DNA of 64,000 bases from positions 2,688,001 to 2,752,000 of the forward strand of contig AP038806.1 in NCBI GenBank assembly GCA_047150005.1, written 5' to 3'. The first letter of the stretch is position 1. Each line of letters starts with the position of its first letter. This document shows, in pieces, positions 57,137-64,000 of the stretch. This DNA comes from Nitrospira sp. GTDB lineage: Bacteria > Nitrospirota > Nitrospiria > Nitrospirales > Nitrospiraceae. Both the position numbers and the translations under genes were made by a program. The notes beneath the pieces were generated by a model. That model was not told where the DNA came from. It did not search any database and was given only the letters and a program-made list of their open reading frames with translations.

Positions 57137-58183
57137 GTGGCTACGGATACCACGGTCTCCAAGCAGGAACTGCTCCGCGATCTGCTCAAACGCGTCTCGC
57201 GACTCTTCTATACGACCCTGGCCGTTGTGCCCGGGGACGTGCGGGATCAAGTCAGCCTCGCCTATTTATTCGCCCGCGCCGCCGATACCATCGCCGATAC
57301 CGACTTGATCGACCGCCCTCGTCGGCTCGATTATCTCGGCCAGCTCAAAGCGCAGTTCATCAGCGACCACGTCGCCTGGATCCAAGTCAAAGACATTCGG
57401 GACGCGATCGGCCCGCTGCAGCGGCATGACGCCGAACGGGTATTGCTAGAGCGGCTGGAGGACTGCTTCCGTCTGTTCCAGTCGTTTGCGCTGGACGACC
57501 GCCGGCGCGTGCAGCGTCTCATGACGACGCTCACCCAGGGTATGGAAATGGATCTGACGGCGTTTCCCGGAACCAGCTCCGCCGATCTGACCTCGTTCAA
57601 GACCCTCGACGATCTCGACCGGTACACCTACTACGTCGCCGGCTGCGTCGGAGAGTTCTGGACCGACCTGATGTGCGCCCATCGTCGCGCGCTCGGTTCC
57701 TGGGACGTACGGGAGATGTCGGAGGTGGGGGTGCGCTTCGGGAAAGGGCTTCAGCTGACCAATGTGGTCAAGGACATCGCTCACGATTTGCAGCGAGGTC
57801 GGTGTTACGTACCGGAGGTATTGTTGTCCGAGGCCGGGCTCACTCCCAGGCACCTCCTCGATGGCCACAATCTCCCGCGCTTTCGCCCGGTGCTGGCTCG
57901 ACTGGTTCGGACGGCTGTGGAACATCTCGATCAGGGCTGGTTGTACACCATGGCCATCCCTCGTCAGGAGACTCGCCTCCGTCTTTCCTGCATGTGGCCC
58001 ATTCTATCGGCGGGCGAATCTCTGAAACTCGTTCTGAACTCTCCCGATCTGTTGAACCCCGCCGTCCAGGTCAAGATCCCGCGGAGTAAGGTGTACCAGA
58101 TCCTGGCTCTCACGACCGCCACCGGCGCTTGCGGATATGTCGGAACGGCCTATTGGGGACGATTGAGAAAGCAGCTGGCCTGA
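57137..58183 (+). CDS. Squalene/phytoene synthase family protein
   Basis: VSRLF, RAADTIAD, YTYYVAGCVG, GLQLTNVVKD, GRCYVP. Confidence 0.88.
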   Translation: MATDTTVSKQELLRDLLKRVSRLFYTTLAVVPGDVRDQVSLAYLFARAADTIADTDLIDRPRRLDYLGQLKAQFISDHVAWIQVKDIRDAIGPLQRHDAERVLLERLEDCFRLFQSFALDDRRRVQRLMTTLTQGMEMDLTAFPGTSSADLTSFKTLDDLDRYTYYVAGCVGEFWTDLMCAHRRALGSWDVREMSEVGVRFGKGLQLTNVVKDIAHDLQRGRCYVPEVLLSEAGLTPRHLLDGHNLPRFRPVLARLVRTAVEHLDQGWLYTMAIPRQETRLRLSCMWPILSAGESLKLVLNSPDLLNPAVQVKIPRSKVYQILALTTATGACGYVGTAYWGRLRKQLA

Positions 58184-58203
58184 CGAAACGGGGCATTCGG
58201 CGG

Positions 58204-59065
58204 ATGTCGTCGTGGACACAGAAGATCATCGCCACGCAAGCGATCTTGGCGGCGGCCTGGCATATTCTCAAAGAAGGAGAAAACGCTGTTGCTGCTGCCT
58301 CTGGCCTCCTCGGTCTGTGTGCTGCTGCTCACCGGCGTCGTCGCGGCTCCGGCCATCATTGAAGGATTCACCGGAATACCGGTGCCGGACGATGTGCCGC
58401 ATGTCGGGTCGGCGGATGTGCTCGGCCTCTTCTTCCTGTACGTGTCGACCTACGGCGTCGGAGTGTTTTTCAATGCCGCATTGGCTCTCGCCGTGCTTCG
58501 GAAATTCGAGGGACAGTCCGGATCCGTCGCGACGGCATTGAGCGAGGCCGTGTCGTTGTTGCCCCAGATCGTCGGATGGGCGATCGTGTCCGCCACAGTG
58601 GGCGTGCTTCTCAAGGGGATCGAACGCCGATCCGGCATGATCGGCGGACTTGTCGTCAGGATGCTCGGGTTGGGATGGAGCGTCGCCACATTCCTGGTCG
58701 TGCCCGTGCTCGTAGCGCAACGCACGGGTCCGTTCGATGCGATCAAGGAATCGGTTCAGCTCTTACGGCGAACTTGGGGAGAGAATATCCTGGCAGGATT
58801 GGGATTCGGCGTGCTGTATTGTTTTTGGGCGCTGCCCGGCGTCTTCGCGTTCGTGATCGGAGCCGGACTGGTCCCGACGCATCTCGCGACCGCGATCCTC
58901 ATCATGGCGCTCGCGATCTGCTATTTCCCGGTCTTGGGGCTCGTCTTGTCCACCCTCTCGACGATCTTCGACGTCGTGCTGTATCGCTATGCCAAATTCG
59001 GCGTCGCCACACCCGGTTTCGATCGGAGTCTTCTCGAAGCGTCGTTCGCTCCGAAAACGGGATAA
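58204..59065 (+). pseudogene. DUF6159-like membrane protein with an apparent 1-nt frameshift near 58270
   Basis: The N-terminal MSSWTQKIIATQAILAAAWHIL frame joins KKEKTLLLLPLASS... only if one A is removed from CTCAAAGAAG; downstream AIKESVQLLRRTWGE motif. Confidence 0.6.
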
Positions 59066-59170
59066 GGGCCAGGAAGGAGCCTGCGGCAAATTGCGCGGAA
59101 ATTCGGCAGGTCGGTCAGGCCCGAAGCATTATGGTGCTGCCGAGACCGTGCGCCGTTCGTCAACAGCCGC

Positions 59171-59467
59171 CTACTTCTTCTGCGGCTCCAGGAGCTTGTC
59201 GCCTTTCCTGAACACCGCGTAGATGGCCTGCGATGGACAGGCGTCCAAACAGAGGCGGCAGCTTTCCAGGCAGCGGGACGGATCGAATTTGTAGGGGGGC
59301 GTCGACAGCCATGCGGCCGTCGGGCAGATGGGAACGCAAATCGCCTGGTGAAGGCAGCGGTCGGGATGCCGGACGAGGTGATCGCGAATGACCATCATAG
59401 GCTTGACTCCTTCAAAGAGACCCTGGGAAAAAATTTCGAACATGTTCTTTTTGGGGAGGCTGCTCAC
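59171..59467 (-). CDS. 4Fe-4S dicluster-type ferredoxin
   Basis: CLHQAICVPICP and CLESCRLCLDACP. Confidence 0.78.
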   Translation of the reverse strand: MSSLPKKNMFEIFSQGLFEGVKPMMVIRDHLVRHPDRCLHQAICVPICPTAAWLSTPPYKFDPSRCLESCRLCLDACPSQAIYAVFRKGDKLLEPQKK

Positions 59468-59877
59468 TTCCATTCCTCCACGAGGCGTTTCAGTCGATCT
59501 TTCAACTCAGGAATCTGCTCAAGGTTGTTGCGGATCGCACCGACGATCTTTTCAAGCCTGGCTGCCTTGAGCGCATCCTGATCCTGTTTCACCAGCCGAT
59601 CGTACTCCCTAAAAGCCTCCGGGTGGTGTCGCTCCAGATACGTCCTGGCGCGCTGCAGCGTTTCTCCGAGTTCGTACGGCTCCGCCGACATGGGCGGGGC
59701 AATGGTAAACGTTCCGTCACCGAAAATGATCGCCGCGGCACCCTGCTTGCCCGTCAGCGGGATCACCGCTTCGACGGACTTTCGCTCAATCGCCGTCCAG
59801 TCCGTCAGCAGACCGGGAAACCGCTTCATGAAGACCACTTTCTCCAAGTTGGCCTTCCATTTCTCTTCGACGGCCAT
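59464..59877 (-). CDS. Hypothetical protein
   Basis: GAGG RBS; 137-aa ORF in an operon-like arrangement. Confidence 0.72.
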   Translation of the reverse strand: MAVEEKWKANLEKVVFMKRFPGLLTDWTAIERKSVEAVIPLTGKQGAAAIIFGDGTFTIAPPMSAEPYELGETLQRARTYLERHHPEAFREYDRLVKQDQDALKAARLEKIVGAIRNNLEQIPELKDRLKRLVEEWK

Positions 59878-59896
59878 CAGGTCCTCTCGTTGCGCA

Positions 59897-60247
59897 CTAG
59901 AGGGGCAGCGGAGGGAGCTTGGATGGGACCGGATGATCGGGCATGAGCAGGCGGGTGACGATCTCGCCCCGCATCACATGACATTCCATGATTTCGGTAA
60001 CGTCGGCTTCCGACTTGACGGTGTACCACACACCCTCCGGGTACACGACGACGCTCGGTCCCTGAGCGCAATGGTCGAGACAGCCCGCCTTGTTGGCGCG
60101 CACCACGTTCTTCAAATTCAGCCGTTTGGTTTCCTGCTTGAACTTGGCGTGCAGCGCTTCCGAGCCGAGCAACGAACAGCTGCCGCGGGGATCGTCGGCG
60201 CTCCGCTGGTTCGTGCAGACGAAAATATGTCGGGCAAAGGAGGGCAA
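59897..60247 (-). CDS. Thioredoxin-like [2Fe-2S] ferredoxin
   Basis: HIFVCTN...GSC...AGCLDHCAQGPSVVVYPEGVWY. Confidence 0.9.
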   Translation of the reverse strand: MPSFARHIFVCTNQRSADDPRGSCSLLGSEALHAKFKQETKRLNLKNVVRANKAGCLDHCAQGPSVVVYPEGVWYTVKSEADVTEIMECHVMRGEIVTRLLMPDHPVPSKLPPLPL

Positions 60248-60264
60248 GGGCGATCTCTATGCGT

Positions 60265-60645
60265 TCAGGCCCGCATGGTCGTCGTTTGGAATCGGTCGAT
60301 CAGGCTCTTCACGTCCGTCGCATTCAATAGCGTCGATTGGCCGGACGATCCTCCGAGAATGGCGACAATCTCCCTGAGCCGAAGCGTGGCGCGCTGGAAC
60401 GCCTCCTGATTGGAAAGTTCGGAGTGCTGCCCCGCCGCGAGCTTGTCGTGCTCGGCGCGGATGTCCCGAAAGTCTCGCTGGAGATTCTTCTGCATCGAGC
60501 ACCCTTCACAAAACCACATTGGGCTCTGGTCGCTCGAGGGCGACAGGCGGTCGTACGTGCGGCCGAAGAAATCTTTTCCAAGCGACAGCTTCATCAAGGG
60601 AATGCCGCTGGCGCGGCAGGCACTGCAGGAACCGGCGGCAGTCAT
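60265..60645 (-). CDS. Hypothetical protein with two CxxC motifs
   Basis: CSAC...CEGC; GGAGG RBS. Confidence 0.72.
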   Translation of the reverse strand: MTAAGSCSACRASGIPLMKLSLGKDFFGRTYDRLSPSSDQSPMWFCEGCSMQKNLQRDFRDIRAEHDKLAAGQHSELSNQEAFQRATLRLREIVAILGGSSGQSTLLNATDVKSLIDRFQTTTMRA

Positions 60646-60751
60646 GAACGGCCTCCTCCAGGTTGCGTTTTACCGGCATGAGTGTCTCGGGAAACCAGGA
60701 CCGCCGGCGGCACGAGAAGAAAGAATTCTTTCACGAAAGGCGTCTCACTGC

Positions 60752-60817
60752 ACTGAAGGTGTCTATCCGCGCGCATCGACAACACAAACCGATAATGAGC
60801 GCACGGCACGAGCAAGC
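60752..60817 (-). repeat. Third copy of the tRNA-downstream hairpin repeat
   Basis: ACTGAAGGTGTCTATCCGCGCGC...ATGAGCGCACGGCACGAGCAAGC, matching the flanks of the copies at 45824-45972. Confidence 0.7.
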
Positions 60818-60895
60818 AAGACCAGAAAAGACTACCTCGCTGGAGGTGCTTGTCCCGTCGCCACAATATCTAGGTTCCGGGTCGAGCAAGCTCTG

Positions 60896-61030
60896 TTTGG
60901 TCGGGGCGAGAGGATTTGGCCTCCGGCCCGGCGGCTTTGCTGCCGGTCGCACATGGGTGCGACCTCTTCCTCCTAGGGTCGGCGCCCAGCCGCTTCAAAC
61001 CCTCTCGACGGCCCAATTCGATTTGCACAT
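60896..61030 (-). repeat. 135-bp tRNA-linked unit ending in a duplicate of the tRNA-Pro 3' end
   Basis: 23-bp direct repeat TTTGGTCGGGGCGAGAGGATTTG at 60896-60918 and 61031-61053. Confidence 0.8.
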
Positions 61031-61109
<79 letters not shown>

Positions 61110-61152
61110 ACCTCGTCATGCATACGGCTCAGCGAAACGAAGGGCGATTGTC

Positions 61153-62256
61153 TTATATCAGGGGGGTGAAACGCAAGCCGTGAGCTTCGGCCACGGCCGG
61201 GCAGGTCACGCTACCATTATAGAGGTTCACACCCTTGCTGAATCCCGCGTCGGATCGTATCGCCGTCTCGGCGCCCTCCGTTGCCAGCCTGAGCACGTAG
61301 GGAAGCGTGACGTTCGTGAGCGCGCCGGTCGATGTTCGGGGGACAATGCCCGGCATGTTGGCGACGCAATAATGAAGTACTCCATCCACCAGATACACGG
61401 GATCCGAGTGGGTCGTGGGCTTCGTCGTCTCGATGCAACCTCCTTGATCGACCGCGACATCGACAATCACGGCGCCCTTCCTCATTCGCGCGACCAACCG
61501 GCGCGAGACCAGTTTCGGGGCGCGGGCGCCGGGCACAAGCACCGCGCCGATCAACAAGTCGGCTGTCGGTACGGTTTCTTCGATGGCTTCCTGGGTGGCG
61601 GCTCTCGTGACGATGCGCCCCTGATAGTGCTCGTCGAGGGCGCGAAGGCGGTCGAGGTCGAGATTGATCACGGTGACGCGGGCGCCCATGCCGACCGCAA
61701 TCCTGACGGCCGCGCTGCCGACCACGCCCGCTCCGAGCACGACCACGTGCGCCGGCTCCACGCCGGGCATCCCCGACAGCAAGATGCCCCGGCCTCCTTG
61801 GGTTTTTTCCAGGTAGCGCGCGCCGATCTGTACGGACATCCGACCGGCGATATCGCTCATGGGCCTGAGCATGGGCAGCGTACCGTCCTTGGCTTCGACC
61901 GTCTCGTAGGCGATGGCCGTGACGCGACTCTCCATCAGCTTCTTCGTCAGTTCGGCCGAGGACGCAAGATGGAGATAGGTGAACAGAATTTGACCGGCAC
62001 GCACCTGAGGGCACTCCGATAGGAGCGGTTCCTTTACCTTGATGATGAGCGCGGCGCGTTCGAAGACCTCCGCGGCCGACCGCGTGACGGAAGCGCCGGC
62101 CTGCCGGTAGTCCTCATCGGTATATCCGCTGCCGTCGCCTGCGGAAGTTTCGACCCAGACTTCGTGCCCCGCCTGGCGCAACGTCCGCGCTCCGTCCGGC
62201 GTCAGGCCGACCCGGTACTCGTGATCCTTGATCTCCCTCGGCACACCGACGATCAT
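61153..62256 (-). CDS. ald: Alanine dehydrogenase
   Basis: [48 protein letters not shown]. Confidence 0.94.
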   Translation of the reverse strand: MIVGVPREIKDHEYRVGLTPDGARTLRQAGHEVWVETSAGDGSGYTDEDYRQAGASVTRSAAEVFERAALIIKVKEPLLSECPQVRAGQILFTYLHLASSAELTKKLMESRVTAIAYETVEAKDGTLPMLRPMSDIAGRMSVQIGARYLEKTQGGRGILLSGMPGVEPAHVVVLGAGVVGSAAVRIAVGMGARVTVINLDLDRLRALDEHYQGRIVTRAATQEAIEETVPTADLLIGAVLVPGARAPKLVSRRLVARMRKGAVIVDVAVDQGGCIETTKPTTHSDPVYLVDGVLHYCVANMPGIVPRTSTGALTNVTLPYVLRLATEGAETAIRSDAGFSKGVNLYNGSVTCPAVAEAHGLRFTPLI

Positions 62257-62550
62257 GATCTCCTCCATCCTAGATACAGAGCGAGAACCTATCCGACGGG
62301 CTGACGCGCCGATGCGTTCCTTCTCCATTGTACTCAGAGGCTGCCGAAATTGACACTGCCTCGCGAGGCCCGCGGCGCAGGGACGTGGGCGTTCGGGTGG
62401 ACGATGTAAAATGGAATATACGCAGAAAGAAGTGAGCGCCGGTCGCACGCGTGGAAGCGCAAAAGACGTGACGCGTCCCGGCGGGTGTGAGAATATTCCA
62501 TCGTCGGGACGGTTCGAGCGATCCCGACGCCTGTTCAGGTGACACCTTTC

Positions 62551-62859
62551 ATGACCGATCCAACTGAGCCGGCAACGGTCCGAGCGACGATCTCCGTGGC
62601 GGGTAGGGTGCAAGGTGTGGGATACCGGGCGTTCGCCGTTCGAGTCGCCGCCGCTCACGAACTCCGGGGGACGGTGCGGAATCTCGACGACGGGCGCGTC
62701 GAACTGGACGTGGAAGGACCGAAGGACCGGATCGAATCCCTCATGAACGATCTTCACACGGGGCCTCCCGCGGCGCGGGTGACCGCCGTGAGAGTCGAAT
62801 GGGGGCGCGCGACGGGACGATTCTCGGATTTTCGGATCAGCTACGAGGGCGGGTCGTAG
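62551..62859 (+). CDS. acyP: Acylphosphatase
   Basis: [28 protein letters not shown]. Confidence 0.92.
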   Translation: MTDPTEPATVRATISVAGRVQGVGYRAFAVRVAAAHELRGTVRNLDDGRVELDVEGPKDRIESLMNDLHTGPPAARVTAVRVEWGRATGRFSDFRISYEGGS

Positions 62860-62867
62860 AGGACGGC

Positions 62868-63824
62868 ATGGCCAGGGGACAGGACGATTTCGAGCATGGA
62901 AGCGAAGCGCGCCGGCATCACGTCGAGCGCGACGAAGAATGTGCCGACCGCGAAGAGGGAGGAGACGGCGAAGAGAAGCGCGGCCGCCGGTCCGAAGGAC
63001 TGGATACGCTGAAAAGCTACCTCCGGGAAATCCGTCGCTCCAGCCTGCTCACGTTTAAACAGGAACAGCAACTGGGCAAGCGCGTCATGGCCGGCGACGA
63101 GCAGGCCCGTCAGCAGATGATTGAATCCAACCTCCGTCTGGTGATCAGCATCGGCAAGCGGTACATGCATCGCGGCTTTCCCTTCTCCGACATCGTGGAG
63201 GAGGGCAATATCGGGCTCATCAAAGCGGTCGAGAAGTTCAATTACAAGCGCGGCTTCCGGTTCAGCACCTACGCATCCTGGTGGATCCGGCAGTACATCG
63301 AGCGCGCCATCATCAATCAAGGCAAGCTGGTGCGGCTGCCGGTTCATGTGGTCGAGCGACTCAATCGCTACCTCAACCGCAGCGAGTCCCTCGTCCAGAC
63401 GTTGGGGCGAGAACCGACCGCGGCCGAGGTGGCGGTCAAGCTGAAGACGACGGAAGAAGAGGTGCTGGATCTCAAGCAGGTCGTTCGCACGACCTGCTCG
63501 TTGGACAGCCCCATCAACGATCAGGCCGACACCTTCCTTCGCGACGTCATCGAGGACCCGATGTGCCCCTCGCCGGCGGACACCGCCGAAGGCGTGCTGC
63601 GCCGTGCGGAGATGATGGCTTGGGTGAAGGAGTTGCCTGAAAAGGAGCAAACTGTTATTGTGTCGCGGTTCGGGTTGGACGGCAGCGAAGCCAAGACGCT
63701 GGAAGAGATCGGCACCGAGATGGGTCTCACCCGCGAGCGGGTCCGGCAGATCGAAATGGCCGCGTTGAGCCGTCTGCGCCATACCATCGAACGAAAAACG
63801 CTGACACAATCGGATCTGCTCTGA
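62868..63824 (+). CDS. Sigma-70 family (RpoD/RpoS-like, group 2) RNA polymerase sigma factor
   Basis: [49 protein letters not shown]; lacks region 1.1. Confidence 0.9.
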   Translation: MARGQDDFEHGSEARRHHVERDEECADREEGGDGEEKRGRRSEGLDTLKSYLREIRRSSLLTFKQEQQLGKRVMAGDEQARQQMIESNLRLVISIGKRYMHRGFPFSDIVEEGNIGLIKAVEKFNYKRGFRFSTYASWWIRQYIERAIINQGKLVRLPVHVVERLNRYLNRSESLVQTLGREPTAAEVAVKLKTTEEEVLDLKQVVRTTCSLDSPINDQADTFLRDVIEDPMCPSPADTAEGVLRRAEMMAWVKELPEKEQTVIVSRFGLDGSEAKTLEEIGTEMGLTRERVRQIEMAALSRLRHTIERKTLTQSDLL

Positions 63825-63828
63825 GTCA

Positions 63829-64000
63829 ATGACCGTCGATCAGTATCGCTCGCTCATTCGCGAAGTCCCCGATTTCCCCCGTCCCGGCATTCTCTTTTAC
63901 GACATCACGACCCTCCTCAAAGATCCGGCCGCGTTCGCCGCGATCGCGGACGAGTTGACCGTCTACTATGAAGGTCAAAACATCACCAAAGTCGTCGGCA
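63829..64000 (+). CDS. apt: Adenine phosphoribosyltransferase (partial, runs off the window)
   Basis: [33 protein letters not shown]. Confidence 0.9.
   Translation, partial: MTVDQYRSLIREVPDFPRPGILFYDITTLLKDPAAFAAIADELTVYYEGQNITKVVG

Overview
A 64 kb high-GC bacterial chromosome segment. The gene content and protein style suggest a Nitrospira-like organism (inference, not a database result): a two-subunit biotin-dependent carboxylase, hemE-hemH-hemY, ntrY/ntrX, several FGE/SUMF1 and DUF1566 proteins, sthA, and tenA/thiD. Most of the window is housekeeping: aas (partial), a MutS-V protein, prmA, thiD, tenA, sthA, tpx, carboxylase subunits, a desaturase, heme synthesis genes, mazG, ntrYX, purMN, a phosphorelay/c-di-GMP cluster, a glutathione peroxidase, htpX, ferredoxins, ald, acyP, a sigma-70 factor and apt (partial). 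It also holds tRNA-Ala(CGC), tRNA-Pro(CGG) and a vapBC-type pair. The most interesting signals lie in small accessory inserts and their non-coding borders. (1) A 4-TM protein plus a secreted caspase-like protease fused to an FGE/C-type-lectin domain, whose 3' end resembles a DGR variable region. (2) A ~100-nt structured element in two copies with compensatory base changes, each at the edge of a two-gene cassette. (3) A second covarying hairpin family found downstream of both tRNA genes. (4) A 135-bp structured unit that duplicates the 3' end of tRNA-Pro. No CRISPR array, rRNA, integrase, transposase or reverse transcriptase was seen. Several start codons were re-picked by eye and are approximate.
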